Assembly: GCA_964421985.1 (NCBI GenBank)
Contig: CAYQZE010000010.1
Coordinates: 1 to 58,548, forward strand
DNA from: an uncultured Dehalococcoidia bacterium
Lineage (GTDB): Bacteria; Chloroflexota; Dehalococcoidia; DSTF01; JACRBR01
Length of the DNA: 58,548 bases
Reading direction: 5' to 3'
Made by a program: the position numbers and the translations under genes. Below are positions 38,451 through 48,094 of this stretch, piece after piece (the first letter of the stretch is position 1; each line of letters opens with the position of its first letter). Below the pieces are notes generated by a model that was not told the origin of the DNA, searched no databases, and was given only the letters and a program-made list of their open reading frames with translations.

Positions 38451-39275
38451 ATGACCGCACGCACGCTGGCCTGGACCGGCTTCATCGCGCTCGCCGCGTT
38501 CGCCCTTATGGCGGCGAGCCGTCTCGCCATCCTCGATCCCGTCGAGAACATCACGTTCAACTTCACGTCGCCGGTTCAGGCCGCGATGCGAGGCGTCACG
38601 CAACCCGTCGCGGATTGGGTGAACAACATCACCGACGCCGGTGCGCTGTCCGACGAGAACAAGCAGCTCCGCGACGACAACGAACGCCTGACGAATGACA
38701 TCGCTCGTCTGCGAGAAGACGCCATCCAGCAGCAGGGCGCCAGCGACCTCAACGCTGTCCGCCAGCAGTTCCCGAACGACGTGTTCATTGCGGCATCGGT
38801 GATCTCTCGGGACTCAAGCAGCGTGCGGTCGATCGTGGCCATCGACCGCGGTTCGACAGACGGCGTGCGCGAAGGGCAGATCGTCGTGTCGGAAGGGCGT
38901 AGCCTGGTCGGCACGATCTCGAAGGTATTTGGCGGCTACGCCTGGGTGACACTCATCACCGATCCGAAGAGCGCCGTGAGCGCCATCGTCCAGGAGTCGC
39001 GCGCCGAGGGCGTAGTCGCGGGCAACTATGACGCCTCGTTGAACATGGAGTTCGTCGGACAGGGTGCGGCGGTCAAGAAGGGCGACTTCGTGCTGACGTC
39101 GGGCGTAGGCGGCGGCTACCCGGCGGGCATCGTCATTGGGCGCGTGTCCACGGTGCAGAAGACCGACCAGGATCTGTTTCAGAGCGTCAGCGTCGACCAT
39201 CTCGCCAGCCTTTCGAACATCGAACGCGTGCTCGTGTTGACGAGCTTCGAGCGACAGAAGCTGGAGCAGCCCTGA
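38451..39275 (+). CDS. mreC: Rod shape-determining protein MreC
   Basis: TM helix plus coiled coil, IDRGSTDGV, LVG, LITD, GDFVLTSG...YPAGIVIG. Confidence 0.93.
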   Translation: MTARTLAWTGFIALAAFALMAASRLAILDPVENITFNFTSPVQAAMRGVTQPVADWVNNITDAGALSDENKQLRDDNERLTNDIARLREDAIQQQGASDLNAVRQQFPNDVFIAASVISRDSSSVRSIVAIDRGSTDGVREGQIVVSEGRSLVGTISKVFGGYAWVTLITDPKSAVSAIVQESRAEGVVAGNYDASLNMEFVGQGAAVKKGDFVLTSGVGGGYPAGIVIGRVSTVQKTDQDLFQSVSVDHLASLSNIERVLVLTSFERQKLEQP

Positions 39276-39775
39276 TGCGGTACTGGACCGGCGCGTCGGT
39301 GGCGCTGTTTCTCGCGCTGATACAGGCGTCGTCGATCGAGCAGTTCAAGGTGCTCGGCGTGACACCCAACCTGCTCCTTGTGCTGCTCGTGTCGTGGCTG
39401 GTCGTGCGAGGACTCGACGACGTACTGCCGATGATCGCCGTGGCCGGCATTACGATGGGGTTCGTGGCGCTGCAGACGCCCGGCCTCATCCTGCTGGCAC
39501 TTCTGCCCATCGTAGCGCTTGGTGTTGTGCGAGAGCAGCACGTGATCCACAGCGACATGCTGCTGACGCTGGCGTCTGTGCTGGTGGCGACGGTCGCGTA
39601 CGAGGCGATCATCGTCGTAACGCTGGCCCTATCAGGTGGCGGCTACGATGTCGCGGCGGCGCTGCGCGGCGCCATTGTTCCATCGGCGATCGTCAACGTC
39701 ATGTTGACACCGCCGGTCTATCTGTTCATGCGCCTGGCACGGCCCGGCCTGCGGCGAAACCGGCTCGCCTACTAG
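39275..39775 (+). CDS. mreD: Rod shape-determining protein MreD
   Basis: Hydrophobic, PNLLLV motif, directly follows mreC. Confidence 0.85.
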   Translation: MRYWTGASVALFLALIQASSIEQFKVLGVTPNLLLVLLVSWLVVRGLDDVLPMIAVAGITMGFVALQTPGLILLALLPIVALGVVREQHVIHSDMLLTLASVLVATVAYEAIIVVTLALSGGGYDVAAALRGAIVPSAIVNVMLTPPVYLFMRLARPGLRRNRLAY

Positions 39776-39829
39776 AAGCTTGCGCAACCGCGTGGCGCGG
39801 CGATCTTCCGCGCGGCCCCGAAGGACGAA

Positions 39830-41770
39830 ATGGGAATACTTGCGGGCAGCAGTAAACGGCGAAGGTGGCGCGCGGAACGCGCGGAAGCTGCCGATCCTCG
39901 CCAGCAGATCAACCAGAAGCTCTGGCTGCTACGTCTCGTCGTCCTCGCCGCGTTCGCCGCGCTGGTGATCCAGCTCGGTCGTCTTCAACTCATTCAAGGC
40001 GACCACTTCCAGCAACGCGCCGAACTCAACCAGTTGCGCATCGAGCCGGTGATCCCGACGCGCGGCGTGATCTCGGACCGCAATGGCGTGCCCGTCGTCA
40101 CCAATGTCCCCGGCTTCTCCGCAGGCATCGTTGCCGCTGACGTACCGGAAGGTCGCGAGCTGCAGATTGCCGCCGGGCTCGAGAGTCTGCTGGGCGTCCC
40201 CGCGCTCGAGACCACGCTCCGCATCGAGGCGGCGCGCAAGGGGAAGAATCCGTTCGAGACCGTGATCGTCAAGGACGGGCTCGACCAGGCGGCGGCGTTC
40301 CATCTTCGCGAACAGCTGCCGGATTTCCCGGGCGTGCGGGTGGTCGTCGACCCCGTGCGCAGCTATCTCGCCGGGGCGGTTCTCAGTGATGTGCTGGGCT
40401 ATACCGGGCGCGTGGACGAGGAGGACTTCGTCACGCTCGAGGAACAGGGGTATCTGGCCAGCGACCGCATTGGCAAGGCGGGCGTCGAGGCAACCTACGA
40501 GCGGTACCTGCGCGGTAGCGTCGGGCGGAAGGAGATCGAGAAGGACGCGAGCGGGCGCGAGCTGCGGACGATCGCCGAAGACCCCCCGAAGCCGGGCCAC
40601 GATCTCGTCCTGTCGATCGATCTCGACCTGCAGAAGAAGGCGAGCGACCTGCTTCAGACGGCCGCGGGCGGCGGACAGGCGGCAGCCGTGGTCATGGACG
40701 TGCATACCGGCGAAGTGCTGGCGCTTGTTTCGCTACCGATGTACGACAACAACGTCCTGTCCGGCAAGATCGACGAGGCGCGGCTCCAGCAGTATCTCGA
40801 CGACCCCAAGAAGCCGCTCGTCAATCACGCGCTCGCCGAGCAGTACGCCCCCGGATCGATCTTCAAGCAGGTGACCGGGGCGGCGGCCCTGCAGGAGGGC
40901 ATCGCACGCCCGTCAACCACGATCACGAGCAATGGCTACATCACCATCCCCAACCAGTACGACCCTTCGATTCTCTACACATTCAAGGACTGGCGTGCCC
41001 TGGGGACGCTCGATTTCTACGGCGGGGTGGCGATGTCTTCGGACGTCTACTTCTACTACCTGTCGGGCGGCTATCACGCGTTCGGGCAGAACTTCGACGG
41101 GCTTGGCGTCGAGCGCCTGGCGCGGTACGCGCGTCAGTTCGGCCTCGGCCGCAAGACAGGCATCGATATCGCCGGCGAGGCGGATGGCAACATCCCCGAC
41201 ACGGCCTGGAAGAAGCAGACGTTTGGCGACGACTGGTTCCTCGGCGACACGTACAACATGGGTATCGGGCAGGGGTTCGTCACGGCCACCCCGATCCAGA
41301 TGGTGCGCGTTACCGCCGCCGTCGCGAATGGGGGCACGCTGCTCACACCGCGCGTCGTCCGCGAAGTACGCGATCAACAGCGGCACGTGATTGTGCCGGC
41401 CGAACCCAAGATGGAAGGCAACGTGGGCGTCAGCGCGTCGAACCTGGCGATCATGCGCGATGCGATGATGCAGGCCGTGAGCTGGGGAAGCGCCAATCTG
41501 GCCGCGCTGCCCGATCTCAAGGTTGCAGGAAAAACCGGCACGGCCGAGTTCGGGGAGCGGTTCCCGGACGGTTCGTACGAAACGCATGCCTGGTTCAGCG
41601 GCTTCGCTCCGGCCGACGACCCCCAGGTGGCGATCACCGTCTTTCTGGAGCGGGGCGTCGGCGCGACGAACGCCGCACCCGTCGCGGCGAAGATCCTCGA
41701 TTACTACTATCACCGCACCGGTCAGCAGACAGGCGTCGCCCACCAAGCGCCGATGGGGGTGACGCCGTGA
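39830..41770 (+). CDS. mrdA: Penicillin-binding protein 2 (elongation)
   Basis: RGVISDRNG, PGSIFK (SxxK), SSDVYFY, GKTGTAE, HAWF. Confidence 0.95.
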   Translation: MGILAGSSKRRRWRAERAEAADPRQQINQKLWLLRLVVLAAFAALVIQLGRLQLIQGDHFQQRAELNQLRIEPVIPTRGVISDRNGVPVVTNVPGFSAGIVAADVPEGRELQIAAGLESLLGVPALETTLRIEAARKGKNPFETVIVKDGLDQAAAFHLREQLPDFPGVRVVVDPVRSYLAGAVLSDVLGYTGRVDEEDFVTLEEQGYLASDRIGKAGVEATYERYLRGSVGRKEIEKDASGRELRTIAEDPPKPGHDLVLSIDLDLQKKASDLLQTAAGGGQAAAVVMDVHTGEVLALVSLPMYDNNVLSGKIDEARLQQYLDDPKKPLVNHALAEQYAPGSIFKQVTGAAALQEGIARPSTTITSNGYITIPNQYDPSILYTFKDWRALGTLDFYGGVAMSSDVYFYYLSGGYHAFGQNFDGLGVERLARYARQFGLGRKTGIDIAGEADGNIPDTAWKKQTFGDDWFLGDTYNMGIGQGFVTATPIQMVRVTAAVANGGTLLTPRVVREVRDQQRHVIVPAEPKMEGNVGVSASNLAIMRDAMMQAVSWGSANLAALPDLKVAGKTGTAEFGERFPDGSYETHAWFSGFAPADDPQVAITVFLERGVGATNAAPVAAKILDYYYHRTGQQTGVAHQAPMGVTP

Positions 41771-42888
41771 ACCTCCGCAACACGCCAACACGCGAGTTCG
41801 ACTTCGTGCTCTTGCTGGCGGCGGTGGCGCTCACGGCCTACGGCGCGTTGCTCATCTACAGCGGCAGCCTGACGACCTACGGCTCGCCCGGGCAGGCGCT
41901 CTCGCACCCGGTCTCGCGGCAGGCTGTGTTCGCGGCGTTCGGCCTCGCCCTGATGCTGCTGCTCACGCGCTTCAACTACCGCGCCTTCGGTCCGCTGAGC
42001 CTGACCTTGTATGCCGTTTCGATCGCCGCGTTGCTCTTCGTCTTCGTCTTCGGCGTCAGCGCCTACGGATCGCGCCGGTGGATCATTGTGTTCGGGACGC
42101 AGGTTCAGCCCTCCGAGATCGCCAAGGTCACGACCGTCATCTTCCTCGCAAAGTACTTCTCCGATCACGAGGAGCAGATGAACTCGCTCCGAGTGTTCTT
42201 GATGTCGGTCGCCATCGCTGTCGTGCCGGCGGCGCTGGTGCTGATTGAACCCGACCTCGGATCCGCCATCGTCTTCGGCGTGATCTGGCTGGGTATGGTG
42301 GTCATCGCCGGTGTGCGTCCGGCGCACCTCATCGGGTTCATCGCGACGCTGCTCGCGCTCGCGCCGTTGGCGGTGTCCTTCGCGCAAAACTACCAGCGCG
42401 AACGCATCGACATCTGGCTCGATCCCAACAAGGACTCTCTCGGTACGGGCTACAACATCTTGCAGGCGGAGATCAGCATCGGTTCGGGAGGGCTCTTCGG
42501 CCGGGGCTTCACGCACGGCACGCAGACGCAGCTCGACTACCTGAGGACGCAGACGACCGATTACATCTTCAGCGTCGGTGCGGAGGAACTGGGGTTCGCC
42601 GGGGCGATGGTGCTGTTCGCGCTCTTCATCGCGCTCCTCTTCCGTTGCCTGAGGATCGCCGGACTGGCCGACGACGCCTTCGGGCGGCTGATAGCGGTGG
42701 GTGTCATGACGTTCATTCTGTTCCAGGTGTTTGTGAACATCGGCGTAAACATTAGACTGGTGCCGGTGACGGGCGTTCCGTTGCCGCTGGTGAGCCAGGG
42801 CGGCAGCTCGCTGATTACGGTGCTGGCGTCGTTGGGAATACTGCAGAGCATCCTTGGTCATCGACGCAAGCGCGGCCGGCGGATCTGA
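41767..42888 (+). CDS. rodA: Rod shape-determining protein RodA (SEDS)
   Basis: QPSEIAK, EPDLGSA, GYNILQAEISIGSGG, TDYIFS, GVPLPLVSQGGSS. Confidence 0.95.
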   Translation: MNLRNTPTREFDFVLLLAAVALTAYGALLIYSGSLTTYGSPGQALSHPVSRQAVFAAFGLALMLLLTRFNYRAFGPLSLTLYAVSIAALLFVFVFGVSAYGSRRWIIVFGTQVQPSEIAKVTTVIFLAKYFSDHEEQMNSLRVFLMSVAIAVVPAALVLIEPDLGSAIVFGVIWLGMVVIAGVRPAHLIGFIATLLALAPLAVSFAQNYQRERIDIWLDPNKDSLGTGYNILQAEISIGSGGLFGRGFTHGTQTQLDYLRTQTTDYIFSVGAEELGFAGAMVLFALFIALLFRCLRIAGLADDAFGRLIAVGVMTFILFQVFVNIGVNIRLVPVTGVPLPLVSQGGSSLITVLASLGILQSILGHRRKRGRRI

Positions 42889-43867
42889 CACGCGGGACGG
42901 TGGGTTCCTTTCCAGCCGGCTTTTCGCAGCCGTGCGCGTCGCCGCGACGCTCGCCATCGTCGCCGGGCTGATCGCCAAGCTGTCGCCGGGCGATCTGGTG
43001 GATACGGCGCGCGACTCCAATCTCTGGCTGCTGCTCGCGGCGTTGGGTGTGATGGTGGTCGTGCAGGCGCTCGTCGTCGTCAAGTGGATGACGCTGCTGC
43101 GGGCTCGCGATGTCGAGGCGGCCGCTCTGCCGATCATCCGCGCGTACTGCGTCGGCAATCTCCTCAGCAACGTGCTGCCCACGGGCGTCGGCGGCGATGT
43201 GTATCGCGTCTACCGCATCCAGGGCGAAGCCAACGCCCGCGTCGCCGACGTCACGATGAGCGTGCTGTATGAGCGCGCCACCGGTTACGCGGCGATGACC
43301 TGCCTCGGCGCGCTGGGGGCGGCGTTTTACTACGGCAACGTCGCCGTCGGAGCGCTCGCGCTGGGCGCAGGAGCGTTCGCCGCAGTTGTGCTCGCCGTGA
43401 TCCTGCCGCGGGTGCCGTTCCCCGCCGTGCGGCACGATCACTTCCTGCGCAACCTGCTCGCCCATCGCCGCGAGTTGATGGCCGTCTACCAGATGGCTGT
43501 GTTCTCGCTCGTCATCCAGGCGCTCTATATCTCGACGATCGCGTTGATCGGGCGCGCCTTCGGGATTCACGTCTCGTGGTGGTACTGGGCCTTCGTCACG
43601 TGGGTCGTGGCCCTCGCCGTGCTGACGCCCCTCACGCTCGGTGGACTCGGCGTCCGTGAGTCGAGCTTCTCGGCGCTGACCAAGCACGCCGGCGCCACCG
43701 CTGCGCAGGGCGCATCCACCGGCTTCGCGCTCGCCCTGGCGCTGATCATCGTCAACGCGGCGGGCCTGCTCGCTGTCGAACTGGCCGAGCGGCTCGGCTA
43801 CGGCGCGCACACGTCCGAGAGTCTTCTCGCGCCGCCCGCCCGCGACCCCGTCGTCGCCAAGCGCTGA
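42854..43867 (+). CDS. UPF0104/lysylphosphatidylglycerol synthase TM-domain (flippase-like) protein; start uncertain (alternative GTG 42932)
   Basis: VGNLLSNVLPTGVGGDVYR, ER...G, LTPLTLGGLGVRE. Confidence 0.85.
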   Translation: MVIDASAAGGSDTRDGGFLSSRLFAAVRVAATLAIVAGLIAKLSPGDLVDTARDSNLWLLLAALGVMVVVQALVVVKWMTLLRARDVEAAALPIIRAYCVGNLLSNVLPTGVGGDVYRVYRIQGEANARVADVTMSVLYERATGYAAMTCLGALGAAFYYGNVAVGALALGAGAFAAVVLAVILPRVPFPAVRHDHFLRNLLAHRRELMAVYQMAVFSLVIQALYISTIALIGRAFGIHVSWWYWAFVTWVVALAVLTPLTLGGLGVRESSFSALTKHAGATAAQGASTGFALALALIIVNAAGLLAVELAERLGYGAHTSESLLAPPARDPVVAKR

Positions 43868-43915
43868 GACGCGAAGCTCCAGCGCCCCGGATGGCAACGT
43901 GGCAGACCGAACCGG

Positions 43916-44581
43916 CTACGCCGACGCCGTTCCCGCATCGACTCGCTTCTCGCCGCCGCGTCCGATGCGGGGCTCCGTCCCGGCCAGCAATCGCGAGATG
44001 TTCGCCCGGTGCCGGAAGACGATGATCGACGCCGCCCCGACCGCGTACGTGGCGTACGCCCACGGGCTGATGCCCATCGCCGCGAGCACGACGAAGAGCA
44101 CGGCCATCGCCGGCGTCATCGAGATCGTCATGAGCGACATGATCCGCGTGCCGGCGACAACGAGCGCGGCGACGGGGATGAGAGCCGCGGCAGCGAGCGG
44201 ATTCATCGCCAGGGCCGCTCCAAAGCCGCTCGCGACGGCCTTGCCGCCGCGGAACCCCGCCCACGCCGGCCAGACATGCCCGCACACCGCCGCGAACGCC
44301 CCGGCGGCGGCCGCCCAGGCGCGCTCATCGTGGTCGATGCCGGCGGCGTGACCGAGCGCGATGCCGAGGTAGACCGGTGCGATGCCTTTGGCGATGTCGA
44401 GGATGATCACCAGCACGCCGGCCTTCGCGCCAGACGTGCGGATGACGTTCGTCGCGCCGGTGGCGCCGCTGCCGTAGTCGCGAATGTCGACGCCACGCGT
44501 AATGCGGCCGACGATGATGCCGAACTGCACCGAGCCCAGTGCGTACCCGATCACGGCGCTGACAACGATCGCCCACCACAT
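43916..44581 (-). CDS. plsY: Glycerol-3-phosphate acyltransferase
   Basis: GYALGS, DIRDYGSGATGATN, DIAKG, GHVWP...FRGGKAVA, HRANI.RL..G.E. Confidence 0.96.
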   Translation of the reverse strand: MWWAIVVSAVIGYALGSVQFGIIVGRITRGVDIRDYGSGATGATNVIRTSGAKAGVLVIILDIAKGIAPVYLGIALGHAAGIDHDERAWAAAAGAFAAVCGHVWPAWAGFRGGKAVASGFGAALAMNPLAAAALIPVAALVVAGTRIMSLMTISMTPAMAVLFVVLAAMGISPWAYATYAVGAASIIVFRHRANISRLLAGTEPRIGRGGEKRVDAGTASA

Positions 44582-44649
44582 GTTCGCGTCCCTTCGATGT
44601 GAGTTGACCCGCCGCCTACGGCGGTCACTTCAGCGCCAGGCCATCTCGG

Positions 44650-46020
44650 TCAGTACTTCGACGGGTCATCGTCCGCATGCTCGTCGCCGCGGCCGCGGAA
44701 GACCAACTTGATGGCGGTCCCTTCGAAACCGAAGGCGCCGCGAATGACATTCTCCATGTACCGCCGATAGCCGAAATGCACCAGCGATGCGTCGTTCAGG
44801 AAGAAGACGAACGTCGGCGGGTCAACCTCCGCCTGGGTGACGTAGAGCAGCTTGATCCGATGCCCCTTCGACGGCGTGGGGGGCGGCTTCTGCGCCACCG
44901 CGCGCCGGATCACGGTGTTGAGCGGACCCGTCTCGATGTGCCTCTGGCGCTCCGCGCCGACGCGCACCGCTTCGTGCAGCAGTTCGGGAATGCCCGTCCC
45001 GTCGAGCGCCGAGATGAACCGGATCGGGATCCACGGCGCAAACTTGAGCTTCCAACGCAGGCGGCGCGACCAGTCCTCTTCCGTCCACTCTCCGTCTCTC
45101 ACGAGATCCCACTTGTTGGCGACGACCACGACGCCGCGGAACGCGTCGAGCGCGTACCCGACGACGTGCGTGTCCTGCGCCGTGAATCCTTCCGAGAGGT
45201 CGAACAAGCACAGCGCCACCTGCGCCCGTTCCAGCGCCCGCCGCGCGCGCAGCGTCGAATGCTTCTCGATCCCCGGCTCGATGGAGCCGCGCCGCCGCAG
45301 CCCGGCGGTGTCCACCAGCACGAGCGGGTGGTCCTCGAACAGGAACGGCGTGTCGATCACGTCGCGCGTCGTGCCTGGTACGTCGCTCACGATCACGCGG
45401 TCCTCGCCCAGGATGGCGTTGACCAGCGACGACTTGCCGACGTTCGGCCGCCCGACGATGGCCAGGCGCAGCCCGGTCGTCTCCTCTTCGGGCTCGGAGG
45501 GCGGCAGCGAGTCGACGATCATATCCATCACGTCGGCCACGCCGTGCCCGTGGTGCGCGCTGATCGGCACCGGCTCACCCAGCCCCAGCTCGTAGAAGGC
45601 GACGGCTGCCTCCTCGCGCTCCCTGTTCTCCGCCTTGTTCGCGAGCAGCAACACCGGCTTCGCCGTCCGGCGCAGCAGGTCGGCGACGTCGCGGTCCGCG
45701 GCGGTGATCCCCGTGATCGCGTCGATGACGAAGAGCACGATGTCCGCTTCGGCCAGTGCGTACTCCACTTGCGCGCGGACAAGCGGGGTGTACGTCCCGG
45801 GCACGTCCGGCTCCAGGCCGCCCGTATCGACGACCTTGAACTCGCGCGCCCGCCACTCACAGTCTCCGTAGATGCGGTCTCGCGTCGTGCCGGCGATGTC
45901 CTCGACCAGCGCGGGACGCCCGCCCACCAGCCGGTTGAACAGCGCCGACTTACCGACGTTCGGCCGTCCGACAATGGCGACGATCGGCGTACGGGCTGTG
46001 GCTGATGCGGCTGTGGTCAT
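44650..46020 (-). CDS. der: Ribosome biogenesis GTPase Der (EngA)
   Basis: Two GTPase domains (GRPNVGKS twice, DTGG, DTAG, NKWD) plus C-terminal KH-like domain. Confidence 0.98.
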   Translation of the reverse strand: MTTAASATARTPIVAIVGRPNVGKSALFNRLVGGRPALVEDIAGTTRDRIYGDCEWRAREFKVVDTGGLEPDVPGTYTPLVRAQVEYALAEADIVLFVIDAITGITAADRDVADLLRRTAKPVLLLANKAENREREEAAVAFYELGLGEPVPISAHHGHGVADVMDMIVDSLPPSEPEEETTGLRLAIVGRPNVGKSSLVNAILGEDRVIVSDVPGTTRDVIDTPFLFEDHPLVLVDTAGLRRRGSIEPGIEKHSTLRARRALERAQVALCLFDLSEGFTAQDTHVVGYALDAFRGVVVVANKWDLVRDGEWTEEDWSRRLRWKLKFAPWIPIRFISALDGTGIPELLHEAVRVGAERQRHIETGPLNTVIRRAVAQKPPPTPSKGHRIKLLYVTQAEVDPPTFVFFLNDASLVHFGYRRYMENVIRGAFGFEGTAIKLVFRGRGDEHADDDPSKY

Positions 46021-47294
46021 TGTCGCTCCACCAGTGCGACACCCAGCTCGGCGGGGTCGCTCCGGACAATCGTCGTGCCGCCCGGCGGCGTGATCTGCAT
46101 CGGTACGGTGTGGAGCCCGGCCGCGAGACCCTGCAGGTCCACGATCACGGCTATCGACTCGGGCGTCACGGCCTGCAACGTGGGCACATCACCGGCCAGC
46201 GTCACGGTCACCGCATCGGGCGGCGTCACGGCGAGGCCCGCCGCCACGTTCCGGATCTGCGCCACGACACGGAAGGACTGCTCGCCCCTCGCCGGCCTGA
46301 TCGCGATCGTTACGCGCAGCGGTGCGCTCGCCGCGCCCGCGGCCTGCTGTCGGGCGCCGACCGGTAGTATCAGGCTCACCGGACGCACGACGTCGACACG
46401 GCTGTCGGCGATCGAGACCTCTTCCGTCGTTACGCCGCGTACGGCGTCGATCGACTGTAGCACGTCGAACGTCCCCGTGATGGTGACGATGCCCGGATCG
46501 ACGCTGACGCCAGTGACGTTATACCCGGCGGCCGGCGCTCCGGTGATCGCCGGGGTCACCACGAAGGTCCGCGTAAAGTCGCGCTGCTCGATGCCGATCT
46601 GCACCGACGCCGTCGCCGGGCTCACCTTCACGCGGCTGATCTCGCCGCCGCGCGCATCGCGCGGCCTCAGTGGCGTGCGGTCCTCCGTCAAGGCTGCGCG
46701 TTCGCCGGTCAGAATCACCTCGGCCGCCACGTAATCAACCAGCGCCACCAGGCTCTCCGGGCCGCTTACGCTCGCCGTCGAGGGGACCGAGGACTCGCCC
46801 GTGGCCGTGAAGCCTTGTTGAGGCTCGCCGATCGTCGTCACCCGCACGGGTACTTCCTTCTCGCGCCGGGTCTCCAGCGTCACATCGATGCGCGGCGGCA
46901 CGACGTCGAGCACGTGTACGCGGCTATTCGACGACGACGCGTCCACGGAGACAGTCACCTGCCCGCCCGGAAACCCGCCCATGTTGACACGCGCATCGAA
47001 ATCGGCGGGGCGCAGCCGTGCGATCTCGTTCCTCGGCGCCTCGATGCGCAAGCGCACGGTCGTCTCCGACGCGTTCGCCACGTCCAGGCCGTTCGGCACG
47101 TTGACGAACGTCAGCGGGATCGATCCGTTGAAGGTCTGCACCTCCGTCGGGTTCTCGCGGTCGGTCACGAACACCCAGAGACTGACGGCGAGCGCGAGCG
47201 CCAGCACGGCGAGGCTGAGGTTGCCGATCAGCGAGGAAAAGGCACCGCGTACGAAGAATGAGACCGCGCCGGGCAGCCGCCGGATCCGGCTCAT
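46017..47294 (-). CDS. cdaR: CdaR/YbbR-domain regulator
   Basis: TM helix (ALAVSLWVFV) followed by repeated YbbR-like beta domains; coupled to cdaA. Confidence 0.85.
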   Translation of the reverse strand: MSRIRRLPGAVSFFVRGAFSSLIGNLSLAVLALALAVSLWVFVTDRENPTEVQTFNGSIPLTFVNVPNGLDVANASETTVRLRIEAPRNEIARLRPADFDARVNMGGFPGGQVTVSVDASSSNSRVHVLDVVPPRIDVTLETRREKEVPVRVTTIGEPQQGFTATGESSVPSTASVSGPESLVALVDYVAAEVILTGERAALTEDRTPLRPRDARGGEISRVKVSPATASVQIGIEQRDFTRTFVVTPAITGAPAAGYNVTGVSVDPGIVTITGTFDVLQSIDAVRGVTTEEVSIADSRVDVVRPVSLILPVGARQQAAGAASAPLRVTIAIRPARGEQSFRVVAQIRNVAAGLAVTPPDAVTVTLAGDVPTLQAVTPESIAVIVDLQGLAAGLHTVPMQITPPGGTTIVRSDPAELGVALVERQ

Positions 47295-48085
47295 GTCGCG
47301 GCCCCGTTCCCGCGCCCGCCCAGCAGCCGGTTGAGCAGCGCGCGCAGCCGCTCTTCGTCGAGCCGCGTATGCATCCGCCCGTCCGCCGCCACAGAGATGC
47401 GTCCGGTTTCCTCCGAGACGATGACCGACACGGCATCCGTGCGTTCCGTGATCCCCAGTCCGGCCCGGTGGCGCGTCCCCAGCTCACCGGGCAGCGTATT
47501 GTCCGTCAGCGGCAGTGTTACGCTCGCGGCGACCACCCGGTTACCGCGAAGTACGACTGCGCCGTCGTGCAACGGCGAGTTCGGGAAGAAGAGGCCCTCG
47601 ATCAGTTCCGCCGAGGGGATAGCATCGATAGGGATACCCGTCTCGATGTAGTCCTGCAGCCCGGTCTCGCGTTCAATCACGACCAGCGCGCCGATGTGCC
47701 GCTTCCCCATATCCACCGAGGCGCCGGCGATCGCATCCAGCGTCGTCACGCTGCTGCCGCTCGCCCCGAATGCCCGCGCCCCCGTCCGCCCCACGCGTTC
47801 GAGCGCACGCCGCAGCTCCGGCTGAAAGATGATCGGCAGGGCGATCAGGATGCCGGTGAAGGAGTTGCGGATCAGGAAGTTCAGCACGCGCAGATCGAAG
47901 ATCCGCGCCAGCACAAACGCCGCGATCAGCAGGATGAAGACGCCGCGCATCACCGCCATAGCGGTGGTCCCGCGCAGCAGCATCAGCAGCCAGAACAGGA
48001 TCGATGAAATGATGATGATGTCGATCGCGGACGTCGCGTCGAACTGCTCGAAGTTATCGCGCAGCAGGTCGATCAGGTCGCTCAT
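47291..48085 (-). CDS. cdaA: Diadenylate cyclase CdaA (DacA)
   Basis: Three TM helices, FQPELRRALE, PLHDGAV, LGTRHRAGLG. Confidence 0.96.
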   Translation of the reverse strand: MSDLIDLLRDNFEQFDATSAIDIIIISSILFWLLMLLRGTTAMAVMRGVFILLIAAFVLARIFDLRVLNFLIRNSFTGILIALPIIFQPELRRALERVGRTGARAFGASGSSVTTLDAIAGASVDMGKRHIGALVVIERETGLQDYIETGIPIDAIPSAELIEGLFFPNSPLHDGAVVLRGNRVVAASVTLPLTDNTLPGELGTRHRAGLGITERTDAVSVIVSEETGRISVAADGRMHTRLDEERLRALLNRLLGGRGNGAAT

Positions 48086-48094
48086 CCGTGCGAC

